This document shows, piece after piece, positions 13,855 to 27,721 of a stretch of 64,000 nt of DNA. This stretch comes from Octopus sinensis. Its lineage: Eukaryota. Both the position numbers and the translations under genes were made by a program. The stretch lies in contig NC_043015.1 in assembly GCF_006345805.1 (NCBI RefSeq), forward strand, positions 22,940,001-23,004,000. Reading direction: 5' to 3'. A model generated the notes under the pieces. It was not told where the DNA came from, did not search any database, and worked only from the letters and a program-made list of their open reading frames with translations. Position 1 is the stretch's first letter; the number at the start of each line of letters is the position of its first letter.

Positions 13855-14401
13855 GCAGTACCAGGCAGTGGCTCTCATGGCTTCTGATCTTAACTGATTG
13901 GAAGTGTTATCATGTACATTGTTTTGTCTTGGTATAAAAGATGGTCTACAGCAAATATTCTGCTCAATACCACAGATTTGCTTGTCAGTTGTTTGACCGT
14001 AACCAGTTGAGCATGTCCCTTAGTGGCTGACGATATGTGCATCTCTGATCACGAGCAGAAGTAGTGGGGCAGCATCATAGCCATGTGTTGAGAAGGATTC
14101 TTTGGGGTTTGAATAATTCACCTCTGGAAACATGGGTGTTTCGTTCAAAGTCCTTAAACAACCCTTATTCAGGGACCTTTTGAGCGGGATGGGTTACTCG
14201 ATCTGAAGAAAATTCTAACTGGGCTCTACCTGCAAGGTCATGTGCTGTTTATCTTGATATGAGATCACCATGTCGCGCACATATGGTTGAGATGCATGTG
14301 TCTAGTGTACCCTTATCAGACGGGTAGTCATGATGGGTATACTGGGCTTCGTATATTTTACCCCAGTGTCACTTTGATGGCATGCTCTGCTCTTCTCACT
14401 C
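13855..14401 (+). mobile_element. Non-coding repeat of about 547 bp flanked by (AAT)n on both sides
   Basis: Internal 14278-14321 matches 63957-64000; no ORF; ends directly in aataataat. Confidence 0.65.
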
Positions 14402-14451
<50 letters not shown>

Positions 14452-14460
14452 TAGTAATAA

Positions 14461-16830
14461 GAATGAACAACCAAAAAAAAACAGTATTAAAACAACAAAC
14501 ATAGCATCTGAGCAACTTTGGACCCCCATAACAACTGAAGTGGTCACCCAGGCACTGCAAAGACTAAGCAACTGGCAGGCACCTGGGCATGACATGATCC
14601 TCAAATCCTGGTGGAAATATCTACCAGGAATGCACAAAAAGCTGGCAGAAAGTTTTAACATACTGGCAGAACCAAAGACAATGCCTGAATGGCTCACGAA
14701 GGGGAAAACCATCTTAATTCCCAAATCAAATGAGACAGCAAAACCAGAAAACTACCGACCAATAACTTGTCTCCCTACAATGTACGATGCATTTACTGCA
14801 GTAATATCACAAAGATTAAACAAGAACCTGGACGAAAACAACCTGTTTCCAGAAGAGCAGAAAGGATGCTGCAAAGGCTCATATGGCTGTAAAGATCAAC
14901 TAATGATCAATAAAGCCATAACTGAAGACAGCCACAGAAAGAAGAAAGGCCTCAGTATGGCCTGGATCGACTACAGAAAGGCGTTTGATCGCATCCCCCG
15001 AAGATGGATCCTCGAAACACTAGCCATTAACAAAGTAGAACCAACAATTATAAAATACATAGGACATTTTATGAATAAATGGCAGACAGTGCTACAGGTC
15101 CAAACAAAAGAGGGACACATGAAAACGAAAGCCATCCCCATTAGAAGATCCCATTCCAGGGAGACACGCTCTCTCCACTCCTTTTCTGCTTGACACTGAT
15201 ATGCTATCTGATATGCTAAACAGAACTGGATGCGGATATAAATGTTACGGCAAAACGATCAGCCACATTTTATATATGGATGACCTAAAACTATACACTG
15301 CAAATGACAAACAGCTGGAAACCCCATTAAAGACAATTCATGGCTTTACCAAAGAAATAGATATGAAATTTGGTTTAGAAAAATGCGCCAAAGTAACCCT
15401 GAAAAGAGGAAAACTAGTTCAGAGTAGCAACATCACACTAGATAAAACCAATGAAATAAAAGAATTAGACTAAAGCCAAACTTACAAATACTTAGGAATC
15501 CATGAACTAGATAAGGCACAACACACACAAATGAAAGAGAAAATAAAAAAAGAATATTATAGACGAGTTAGGTCAATACTAAAAACAGCGCTCAATGCTA
15601 AAAACAAGGTAATAGGTATTAACACTTTAGCCGTACAAGTTATAAGTTACAGCTACAATATCCTTAACTGGACACTAAACGAACTGACCAAAATAGACAG
15701 GAAAACAAGAAAAATAATGACAGGATCTAGGATGCATCACCCAAAATCTGACAAAGAAAGGCTATATATATACAACGTATAGAAGATGGTAGATGCCTTA
15801 TAAAGCTGGAAAACTACTATAAAATAACCACCATAGGACTGCAAAGATATCTACTTTAGAAGGAAGGAAAACTGATAAAATTGCGGCAAATCACGAGAAA
15901 AACAAAAAACTGTTCTCAGTATTTAAGGAAGCTGACAAATACAAACAAGAAATCATACCATCTAACAAATATGAAGAAGAAGAAGAAGAAGAAACAACAA
16001 AAGCTATGAAACAAATGAAACCGAAACTAAAACTAGAACAGCAACGAACCATGATAAAACGATGGCAAGAAAAGCCCCTTCATGGCAAATACGGGACTAA
16101 ACTAAATGGAAAAAATATAGACAAACAAACATCCCAGCAATGGTTGAGAAGCTCAGGACACAAAGCAGAGGCCAAGGGATATTTAATTGCTGCGCAAGAC
16201 CAAAGCCTCGCCACCAGAAATTACCAAAAACATGTAATGAAATGAAATAAAACAAGTAACTGCAGAATATGTGGAGATGGACAAGAAACAATAATTCATA
16301 TTATCTCTGGCAGCCCAGTCTTGGCTAAGAAGGAATATATTCACAGACACGACAGAGTTGGGACCTACATACACTTGAAGCTATGCCGACATTATGGAAT
16401 AACAACAGAAAAGAGATGGTATAAGCACACACCAGAAAAGGTCACAGAAAACGTGAAAGCAACCATACTTTGTGATATGTCGATACACACAGATAGAGAA
16501 ATTAAGGCCAACGGACCAGATATAGTTGTCAGAGATCACGAAGAAAAAAAATGCTTTCTAATTGATATATCAATACCAGCAGATGACAATGTTTCTCTAA
16601 AAGAAATGGAGAAACTTTCAAAATACAAAGACCTGGAAATAAAGGTAACCAGAATGTGGAATCAAAAAACAGAAACAATTCCTATCATAGTAGGTGCATT
16701 AGGCATGATAAAAAAATATTCAGACAAATATATAACAAAAACACCAGGACTTAAAAACACATATAACATACAGAAAATTGCACTACTAGGCACTGCACAC
16801 ATCCTACGCAGAACACTTTCCATACAATAA
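14461..16830 (+). pseudogene. RT plus REL endonuclease ORF (stops and frameshifts)
   Basis: NWQAPGHD, NYRPITCL, EQKG, WIDYRKAFD, HILYMDDLKL, CRICG...RHD, PDIV, LIDISIP...KYKDL motifs. Confidence 0.9.
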
Positions 16831-16924
16831 CCATCAGAGCATCACAACAAATCACAGCACATACCCAAGACACACAGAGCTGCGCTCGGTAGGGAAGTGA
16901 AAGTACGCTATAAAAATAAAAGTA

Positions 16925-16927
<3 letters not shown>
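14461..16927 (+). mobile_element. 5'-truncated R4/Dong-like non-LTR retrotransposon inserted in (AAT)n
   Basis: RT and restriction-like endonuclease remnants, short 3' UTR, AAT tracts on both flanks. Confidence 0.85.
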
Positions 16928-16995
<68 letters not shown>

Positions 16996-17092
16996 TGATG
17001 ATGATGGTGATAAAGATGATACTACTACTAGTCCTCCTCCTACTGCTACTACTAATAATAATAATCATAATGATAATAATAATAATAATAAT

Positions 17093-17123
<31 letters not shown>

Positions 17124-17125
<2 letters not shown>

Positions 17126-17581
17126 AAACGTATCTGTCAGGACCTACCAAAAACTGAGCAAATATAAAGATCTTGAAATAGAAATCAGCAAAATGTGGAA
17201 GCTGAAGACTAAAACAATACCGGTTGTCATAGGTGCCCTGGGAATGATAGCAAAAGGGGCTGATAGCTACCTACTCAGATACCAGGAAACCCAAAAATGG
17301 CAGAAGTTCAAAAGATAGTGCTCATGGGAACTGCTCATATCCTACGCAAAATACTCTCTATGTAACCTCAAGGTTTAAAACAACCATAATTTTCGGTTTA
17401 AAAAAAAAAAAAAAAAAAAATTTTTTTTTTTTTGACATTCATTAGTACAACATCCCCACCCCCCAAATATATGGCACACTAGGCATAACAACAACATGAA
17501 CTTCCAACCCTGTTGTCTCTTGAGGTCTCTGGGTGAGACTGGAGCCAACTTGTACAAATATAAAGCAAAAGTCAAACATAG
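17124..17581 (+). mobile_element. Second, divergent R4/Dong-like 3' fragment in (AAT)n
   Basis: KLSKYKDLEIEISKMWKLKTKTIPVVIGALG...GTAHILRK; different 3' UTR; AAT on both flanks. Confidence 0.85.
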
Positions 17582-18078
17582 AATAATAATAATAATAATA
17601 ATAAGAAGAAGAAGAAAAGAAGAAGAAGAAGAAGAAGAAGAAGAAGAAGAAGAGAAGAAGAAGAAGAAGAAGAAGAAGAAGAAGAAGAAGAATGATAATT
17701 TCTTTTATTAGCCACAAGGCACCAAGGCATGGTGGATAATATCGAAGGATGTGTTACAACACAAAAAATAATTACAAAAACTTACATCTGTGGGTTTAAC
17801 ATCAATCAAAGGTTGATAGTACCACATTAAAGGTTATAACAGAGAACATATAATAGAAAGTACGGAAATATATAATAAATAAAGAGAAACCCCGATAGCG
17901 GGGCAGTCCACTTAGGGTTATAAGGGATAAACCCCGGATTACTCTGCCATCTCTAAGGCGTGTTAAAGTGCCCTCTTCCAGTTTCTTTCCTCCAGCTTAG
18001 AAAAGAAGTAGTTCCATTTACTCTCACCAATCTCACCACCGTCGACTACTTTTTGACAGACACACTAGAAGGCAAAAG

Positions 18079-18300
18079 GTCCTGACAGAAACAATTTACA
18101 TCTGAGAACAACCAGATGATCCCTCGCTCAGTAGGATGCCTCAACTTTTTCAGAATCTTCTTTGCCTTCATCAAGCATTCTCGCTGACCTTGGCTGTCAG
18201 AATTTCTCCCTTGCATCTTTTGCATGAGTTATAGCGAAGTCTCTCATTCAGCGTCGGGTTCATGGTGACGAGTCTGACACCCATTTCCCTAGCCAAGACC
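18079..18300 (-). pseudogene. Tc1/mariner (maT/DD37D-like) transposase fragment
   Basis: AREMGV...LRYNS.KR.KGEILTAK...KAKKILKKLRHPTERGIIWLFSD..FCQD with one frameshift. Confidence 0.6.
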
Positions 18301-19149
18301 TGCATTTACTTACTTAATCTTGTCTTGCAATGGTAGATAAATTCTGTCGCGCTTTCCTCATCAAAACCACTGCTGCACACTTTCCTAAAGGTCACAGGTT
18401 CGTTGTCTCCGTTGCATCGGAGCATGTCGCGTCGTGCAGCCTAGGTGTTACCATAGCATCGAGCAGCAATCATAATGTTGATATTTTGATATACGGCGTG
18501 AATCACCATCGCGATACAGTTAAATTTATTCAGTAGTTGGGAAGTATTTCATTTTTGTTGCTTACTGCAAAAGAGAGAAAAAGAGAGAGAGAGAGAGAGA
18601 GGTGGGGGCAGGGAAAGAAATGGAGTAAACGCCAGGCTATTAAACGTGTATGTTCAAGCAATATCCAAGCCATAAAATCGAATCGTTGAAGCAATATTTT
18701 AGCCAAATAAAATACTCAGTTACTGTTTTAGAACGTGAGATCGCTTAAATGGTATTATTAAACAAACAAAATTGTTATCGAATACAAAATTATTAACCCT
18801 GTTATTAGCAAGTGTTGAAACAATTCAAAGTCTCATGTTAATTTAGAGGAAGCAATTATCATTAGATCTTACCACAACTATGCTGAAGAAAATATTCGAA
18901 TTACTATTTTGCATGTTGATCAATGCAGGTGTCATTAGAAGAGAAACTTAGAATACTTTGCATGTTAAACAAAATCTTAAGCAACATAGTTTTAGTCGGC
19001 CTCAGTGTAGTGTGATCTCATTGGTATGGATTTTTCGTGCATCAACAACTATTAATGGAAGTTCTAATTTAATTCCGTGCCACTATTAAGATATCGATTA
19101 AAACAAATAAAAAGAAAAGAAAAGTCTACATTACAGTCATAGGGCTGCA

Positions 19150-19262
19150 GTTGTTCCGTTCGAAACCTCGTGATGTAGGTTCAAATGTGGTTGTGGGTAA
19201 GACGCCGATTAAAACCTTGTGAGTAGATTTGTTAGATGGAAACTGAAAGAATGCCGTCGTGC
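19150..19262 (+). mobile_element. Degenerate SINE family A copy
   Basis: 3' motif ccttgtgagtagatttgttagatggaaactgaaagaatgccgtcg followed by microsatellite tail. Confidence 0.55.
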
Positions 19263-19287
19263 GTATCTATCTATCTATCTATCTATC

Positions 19288-19391
<104 letters not shown>

Positions 19392-20185
19392 AGGGACAGA
19401 AAAACTGTACATATATGCGTGTGTTTGTGTCTGACAACAGGATTTGATATGCTTGTCTCAGTTACTTGTTCAGCAAAGAATCTGATAGAAAAACTACTAA
19501 GCTTCTTAAAAAAAGAAGCACTTGGGTCACTTCATTATCCAAAAGGTAGATAAATTCTCGAAGACCGTTTTTCTAAATTCTTCCAGTCTAATGACTGAAA
19601 GAGATAAGAGGCAAATAATATCTAGCGGTTTATAAAAATAAAAATAACATTTGGTTTCTTTCGTGAACTCAGATAAATTGTAAAACGAAAGTTTCTTGAA
19701 GTGGGAAGTGGTTTCATTTGTAAAATAGAACTAAATGCTTGTTAGATTCTAATATCGAACAAACTGAGAGAAAATATAACATTGAAGGGATTTGAACACG
19801 TAATGAAAGTAAACGGAATTACAAGTTGTATTGAGTGTATTTCTTAAACATTGATAACCTCTCCCTTTCACCCTCTCTTTCTACATACATGTGTGTGGTG
19901 TGTATATGAGATGGCCCATCTGTGTGTATGTAAAAGAGTGTGTGTCTATCTCTTAGGATTAATATAACGAAAATTATTCATATAACGTTCACTATTGTTA
20001 CTATGGTTTCTGTTGTTTAATGGCTGGTAAAACTTTATGGGTTGGACAGCAATTATTAAAATAATGTGTGTGTATGTGTGTGTTTGTAGAATAATCTAAT
20101 GGAGTATTTATACGTAAAATTTTAAATATAGATATGTATATATCGTGTATGAATATAAATACATGCACACACATATTCGTGTGTG

Positions 20186-20236
<51 letters not shown>

Positions 20237-20868
20237 TTCCTATACTTATATACCTATATATATATATTATATATAATATATAATTTATATATTAATATAC
20301 TTCTATAAGTATACATATATAAAAATACTCACATATATATATAATCACATTATTCCTGGTGGTTGGCAATAATCCCAGAGAACATTTGCTTTTCGTTAAT
20401 ACTTCGCAACTAGAAAATGAAAATTATTGGTAAACATAGGATTTAAAAAATAAAAATACTTCCTGATCATTTCAGATATGGAGACGTAAGTTTACTCAAC
20501 CAGGAAAAGCTTCATTCGGGAATATTGTAAATTAATTAACATAGTCAATGGAGAAACCAGCCGTAATATTAGAGATAGGAAGTGATTTCATTTACTGCAA
20601 ATATCATTATATGTGTAGACAGTCCACGTAATTGATATAATTGCAGCGTATAAGCGTATATCATAAAGACATTTCATACATACAGCTATACCTACTTATG
20701 TATATAGATATATGCACATAGAAAACAATCGCTCATATATATGTGTGTGTATGTTTGTGCGTGTGTGTGTGCGCGTGTGTATGCATCTGTGTAGGTATGA
20801 TTATATGTGCCTGTGTGTCCATTTATTTATGCTCATATAATCCACGCACATATGCGCTTAAGAGTAAA

Positions 20869-20912
<44 letters not shown>

Positions 20913-23000
20913 TGTGTCTGTATATGTATATTTAAACTTGTATGTTCGCTTAATATAATATAATATAATATAATAAAATATAGATGTGTGTGTATGCGTG
21001 TGAGTCTGTGAGTATTTGTTAATGTGTTTTTGTAGGTTTTTTTTGTTAGTTTTTGAGGTAATGTTTAGTTACGTGCGATTGGGAGCAAAACATGTATAAT
21101 GGTTTTCTGATGTTACAAACCAACAAAAAATAATTAAATAAATACAAAATAAATATATAATAAATAATTAAATAAATCATTAAAAAAATTAATAATTAAG
21201 AGAGAAGAAAATAAAAATCCCCATATTTACCTAAGGCCAATATTTATATTTTAATTAAATTATGGACCTCAAAGCGACCTTTTTTTCTGGTTCGAAATAC
21301 AATTCGAAAATGATTGGTTGCAGGCCTGAAATCACAGAGCGGAATAGAGCCGAATAGCAGTAATATAAAAAAAAAAGAGGAAAAAATAAATCCAAAAATA
21401 TTAATCATATAATAAAACAATGGAAGATTAAAATAACAAATTCTACCAGTTGTTTGACATAATCAGTTAACGTTGGATGGCAGAATGACTCAGGAAGCGT
21501 TCCAGTCCGTTCGTGTTTAATTCTCTTCCATTGACCTGTAAATAAAACATTCTATTGATTAAGCTAACCAGGGAGAATCAACGTCTGTATTACTGTTGTT
21601 GCTGTTGTTAATATTGTTTACAAATAATATAAGCCCTGATTTTGGAGTTAAAAATTTTTTAAGTCCCTGTCTTGTCTACAGGCTCTTAATTAGGCACTTA
21701 TTTCGGTTTTTGAGGTGTTAAGCAATTGACAGTGCAAAAGAGCCTGTGCACGGTATTCCCGTCTGTCGCAAGTTTATTTCTCAACTACCACTCCTAACTC
21801 TGCTGCTGCTGCTGCTGCTACAGCTATCCTGTAGCTGCCTCTTAAATGGCTGCTGTTTCTGGTCTTCGCCTTTCAGCGGTGTGTACTGGAGCAACTTGAA
21901 ATTATATGCTGCGCCAATAAATACAACACTTGACATTACGACTTATGGTACAGTGGCATCATATTATCAAAAGCGTTCCAGGCATGACCATTCATTTTCT
22001 GTTTCGAGTAGCTCTTGTGTACATGAGGTCCCACAATATACTTTCTAAATCGTGTTAGCATGATGTAAGAATAATATGGTAGTAAAATTTAGCAGAAACT
22101 CCCACCACGTAGAGGGACACTCATAGTTCGATTTGATAGAAATATGGTTCGGTTCTTACAAATAACAAATTTTGTAGCAGAGATCGTGTATTTGGAAAGT
22201 GATGCAGCAAAAATATCAGCCAAACAAATTCTCCTTTACATCATGCTCCTCCATCCTGAAAGAGGGATTGATGAGCCAACAGCAAAACCTGTAAACATGT
22301 ATTTGACTTGCTGATAGAAAGGAACCAAAATCTTTCTTTCAAATTGAACTTTCACGTTCTAAAAAAAGGAAGCCCTGGTGACTTTATAATCGTGGGACTA
22401 AATGCAGTTAGTAGAAATTATTTGCTAGAAATGCTGGATTTTATTCTAGAATGGCATTCTAATGTTCTTTCCTCTTTCTATAGCAAATTCAGAAGCGTTG
22501 TGTTTATAAATTTTTCGTGACACCTGAAACTCACAGTGTAAAGATATTTAGCAATTGCTAAAGAGTGATGAGGCCAATGTTAATTTGACTGTCTTGTGAC
22601 GGCTATACAAGTGCTTCTTAACACTTAATTCCCGAATTCAGAAACTTACTGGTATAGACTGCAAGCTGCAGAAAGATAAATCATATAACTAATGCGTCTG
22701 TAATGTCAAATTCCATGTCGCTAATCGAAGAAAATCTATCAATTTAGATAGAGCACTTGGCCACAAGTGTCCATTCTAAATATTTTGAATTACTGCATCA
22801 TGCAAAACCCCATTTGCTATCACAAGACATTGCCTGGAGATTTATTTTTTCCCATTATCTAGCGCCAAGAAAAGACTTTTACTTTGAACCGATTCACTTG
22901 TTTGAAGATTACCGTAAACACTTTTATCCTGAGGCTAACTTGTATCGTGTCATTATTCATTAGAAGCACTAGATTGTTAAAGACATGCGTCTAGATTTAA

Positions 23001-23042
<42 letters not shown>

Positions 23043-23402
23043 CATATATATATATATACACATATATATATATACATATATATATGTGTGTGTGTATGTG
23101 TGTGTATGTGTGTTCATGTATATGTGTGTATATGTGTGTATTTACTCACGCACAAAAATACACATATGTATATTAGTGCTCAAGATACATTATTATTATA
23201 ATTATTATTATTATATTATTATTACTACTAATATAACTACCATTCTTGTTGTTGTCTGTGTCGTTGTTATTATAATCATAATATTTTTATCGAATAGGCT
23301 TATTTACGATCGTTAGAGAAATTGTCACGTATAATAATATAGTCTTCTTGCCTTTTATGTTTCCACTCAAATTTTGCAGTTGTCATTCATCTTCTCAGCG
23401 TG

Positions 23403-24024
23403 TATAAGATGGTTAAAGGAACCGAATTTCGCGAGGAAGCCATAGTATATATATATATATATATATATTGTTATTGAGTGTGTAGTGGTGGTGGTGGTGG
23501 GGGATATAAGATAATACAAGAGGGTGATGAATGGGGAGAAAGTGAGATAGAACATGTGTATGTGTGTTTGTATCAGAAAGAGGTGTAAAAAGTGTTTATA
23601 TTTTTGCAACTGTAAATGATTTTTCCTTTAACACCTCTTTCAGATACACAGACACCCACACACATACACACACGCGCGCACACACACGTGCACGCACACG
23701 CATACACAGACACACACACACACATATGCTCTCTCTCACTTTCTCCCCATTCATCACCCTCTTGTACTATCTTATATCCCTCCCCACCACAACACACTCA
23801 ATAACACTATAAAAATGGACAAATTTTCCCCAACTAAGTTCAATTAGAAAACTCCACTAGAATGGACGAAAGCGCTAATATATGATATATGATATATGAT
23901 CTATAAAAACATGTAATATACAAATAAATATCTGTAAATATAAAACCATCCGAATTTCTGAGTACCTCATTTCTTCTAATATAAAATACATGTACCTCAT
24001 CTCCAAACCTTCTAATGTATACAC

Positions 24025-24084
<60 letters not shown>

Positions 24085-24121
24085 CACTTTGGCCGGCTCG
24101 CGAAATTCGGTTCTTTTAACC

Positions 24122-24128
<7 letters not shown>
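23403..24128. repeat. Imperfect foldback containing the 4410-type repeat
   Basis: Outer inverted repeats 23403-23435 and 24097-24128; inner arms about 23468-23588 and 23629-23806. Confidence 0.75.
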
Positions 24129-24182
<54 letters not shown>

Positions 24183-24191
24183 GTGTGTATA

Positions 24192-24247
<56 letters not shown>

Positions 24248-24275
24248 AACATATATATATATATATACATATATA

Positions 24276-24313
<38 letters not shown>

Positions 24314-24814
24314 ATATTATATATATATATATATTATATATATATATATTATATATAATATATATATATATAATATTATATATATACACACATATATACA
24401 TACAAGCATAAGCTATGTAATATTTGATATATATATACACATATATATATGTATATATGTATACATATATATGTATAAATATATAAAAATATCGATAAAA
24501 TACATACAAACACTCATACACATACATATTTACAAGAGATATGTTTGTGCGTATATATGTGTATATGTACTCGAGCCTATGCGCACTTGTCTGCACGTTG
24601 TCTGTCTGCATGCATTAATGTATATACACGCATACATCGGTACCACAGACTAAAATCTGATGAAGCCGATTGTCTTTAGGTACCGACACTAAGATTAGGT
24701 TACGTTAGGAGTGGCTAATATCAATAATTGCATTATGAAAGACAGAGGAATAAATGCAGAATTTATCAACACACTGTCCTATCTGACAGTTTAAAATACC
24801 AGTACACTGTAAAT

Positions 24815-25085
24815 ATATATTATCGTGGCACTCTGTTGGTTACGATGACGAGGGTTCCAGGTGATCTGATCAACGGAACAACCAGCTTGTGAAATTAACA
24901 TGCAACTGGCTGAACACTCCTCAGACACGTGTACCCCTTAACGTTGTTCTCGTGCAGATTCAGTATAAAACAGTGTCTGGTAAGGCTGGCTTTTTTAAAA
25001 AAAAAGGTGCAACAGAACCAGGAAGAAAGATTGAGAGAAAATTGTGGTGAAATAATACAGTAGGATTCACCACCAACCCCTGCCA
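24815..25085 (+). mobile_element. SINE body fragment (family C)
   Basis: ggcactctgttggttacgatgacgagggttcc...gacacgtgtacccttaacg resembles a cephalopod SINE body from recollection; weak echo at about 36940. Confidence 0.45.
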
Positions 25086-25740
25086 TCCGTAGCACGCGAG
25101 AATTTCAACATATTTCGGCTGTTCCAGGTTTTGTCCGCTGATTTCAAAATCCATTCAAGGGAAGTTCGTAGGACCAAACTATGAGTGTGCATAGTTCTGT
25201 GTGCATACTGTTGTTCAGAATGCATGAGTAACTTCTTCCATATATTTTACCGATTGTTTTAACAAAATTTCCCTTAAACCAAACTTAAAATATATTTTTT
25301 ATACATCAGAATGGGCAGCAGGAAACTGTGTGAAAGACTTCCTTAAATAATCCTTTCATCTATTCAATATATAGTTTTAGGTTAATGGTTTGATTTCTGT
25401 TTCTATAGTATTGTATGTTTTTTCTTTGTGGGTTTGTTTCAGTTTTCAACGCTTCCATTCAGTGTATCTATATTTTCACCAAATTATTTCGTGTAATTTT
25501 TCTTGTTCAGTGTTTTGTCGAAAAGGTTATCGTGTCGCGTGAATTGATTCGACTATCAGCCATCTCTTTCTTAAAGTTTTAACCACGTCCACCTGCAATA
25601 AGTCGGGTCAAAAAGATTTCCTCTCTCTAACATCTCTATAACATCAAAAACAAAGAAAAAGACAAAGCCTTAGATCAAGCCCAAATTCACATTTCAAGTT
25701 TCCCTCACAAAGGAAATATAAACAGGGAAGTGAATTTAAC

Positions 25741-26290
25741 ACGACTTGAACAGGAAATCACAAACAAATTGAGCCGAACTCGTGCTACATTTGGCAGGCT
25801 GCAGAAGAGACTATGCGAATAAAAAGATATTTACGTGTTTCTATGAGACTGTAGGAAAAATAGGGACATTTCTATACATCAAATATAAGGTTAGTTTGGC
25901 TGGAATGCTTTCTCCCCGCAGTTTGGAGCTGAAACATGGGCAGTGTATAAATCTCAAGTAGAGAAGTTACATAAATATATGATGAGACAGCTCCGGCAAA
26001 ATTGGAATATTATTCTCTTGAACAAGACAACGTATGCCGAGAGCTTAAAGTGGGCTGGCCCACCTCCTGTGATGGAAATATACGTTGGTTGGGCAACGAA
26101 CACAAGATGGGCAACAACATACACCCCACATAAATATTTTATTTCTAACTATGAAAATAGAAACGAAACCATGGAATGTCTAGACTGAGATTCAAAGATA
26201 TTGCAAAATGGATCAGGAAGTGGAAAATAATTGATCTTAATAAAAGTAAAACCCAAGCGAACAACCGACCAGTATGGAGAAAGCTTATCA
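25741..26290 (+). pseudogene. RTE-clade LINE C-terminal remnant
   Basis: EQEITNKLSRTRATFGRLQKR, GAETWAVYKSQVEKL, RLRFKDI, NRPVWRKLI. Confidence 0.65.
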
Positions 26291-26583
26291 AGTCACGCCA
26301 AAGACAAGAACAGACATAGCTGCAATAGAATTTGGTATAATGCAGGAAATAGTGTAATTGTTAGAGTGAATTGAACTATTCCGAACATACGCATGTAGAT
26401 CGGAGTGTATCAGTCCGTGATTGTGGTAAGGCGGATAATGAATCTGAAAGATCTGTTTGATTGAAATTGCGGTTGTTTTATTGGCTTGGCTGTATCATAT
26501 ATTCAATCATAGAAGTTGTACACTATCCATATATATCTATATATTCAACAGCACTTTCCGCGAAATTGTTTCGACTATGTTAG

Positions 26584-26990
26584 TACTTACTTGTACTTGT
26601 ACTTGTGGCGACATTCACCCTGGGCGGGTTGAGTCGGCTTCTTCTACCACCCTCGACGCATCTCGAACCATGGCTGCCCACGCACGACGGTCCTGCGCCA
26701 GTTCACTGGAGATAGCGAGCCAGTCACGGTTCCATCGCCTTTGTATTCGCCATTGAGAATTCATGGAAGAAGTTTCGTGAGAATTTGTGGATTTCACAAG
26801 CGGTCCCCAACAATCCCACATGTAGAGACATCCAGTTTGCCGCAGATTGTCCGCAGACGCAGGAAAAGAACGACCGAGGAGCAGCCGGTTGCCGAAACAG
26901 ACATTCCGAGGATTTTCACCAGTGCCGGGTTGTGGCCCTAATACCACTCGGAGTCAGACCAATCCGCCTTGGATGGCCCTACCAGGAACC
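26584..26990 (-). mobile_element. RTE-clade LINE 3' end with (CAAGTA)n tail
   Basis: LAQDRRAWAAMVRDA C-terminus; minus-strand tail caagtacaagtacaagtaagta at 26584-26605. Confidence 0.75.
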
Positions 26991-27243
26991 GAAGTTCCCG
27001 AAGGTATTGCTTTAGTCTTGGAGCTTCACATTTTTCCAATTTGTATTTCAAGATTTTATGCTTGTTCAGTGTTTTGTAGGACTTAACTGATACATTCTTC
27101 TCGATTGGGGCAGTCGTATCTATGCATAGGCATGATTTATGTCTGAAATCATTCAATATATATGTTTGGCTTGTTTGCATCTATCTTTCTGTCAGTTCGA
27201 CCGGTGAAGTTTCAAAGGAGTGAGATATGGTCATTGACAGTAT

Positions 27244-27610
27244 CGTTAGCACGCCAGGCGGAGTGCACAGCAATAATTCATATGCGGCAGCGTTCTGAGT
27301 TCAAGTTCCGATGAGGTCAACTTTAACCTTCATCCTTTCGAGGTCGATCAACTAAGTACCAGTTGAAAATTGGGGTCGATGTAATCGACTTAATCACCTC
27401 CCGAAGCTGCACTTATGGCAAAAATTTGAACTCATTATTATTATTATTATTATTAATATCATGAATTTTACTATCCGAGCTCAAATTCTGTCGCGGTCGA
27501 CTTTACATTTCATCTGGTGGCGGTCGATAATATAAGTACCAGATGAATAGTTGGGTCAATGTAATCGACTTACGCCCTACTCCGAAACTGCCGGCCTTAT
27601 CTCAAGATTT
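27244..27610 (+). mobile_element. Two SINE family B copies
   Basis: gagttcaa B-box-like motif and gtcgat...aagtacc...gtaatcgactt body, twice. Confidence 0.7.
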
Positions 27611-27679
27611 GAAATTATTATCCCTAAGAAATAATAAATAGTTGTCACTCTCCTGTATATTATGTATCTGTGTATATGT

Positions 27680-27721
<42 letters not shown>

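Noticed and set aside
21445-21536. Minus-strand exon-like segment QWKRIKHERTGTLPESFCHPTLTDYVKQL
   Set aside because: Weak donor, no neighbouring compatible exons, no recognised homology.
21740-22960. Complex sequence with short ORFs, possibly an old transposon
   Set aside because: No diagnostic motif could be read in any frame.
24655-24700. CUGAUGA followed by a GCC...GGU stem
   Set aside because: No GAAA/stem III/stem I, so not a hammerhead.
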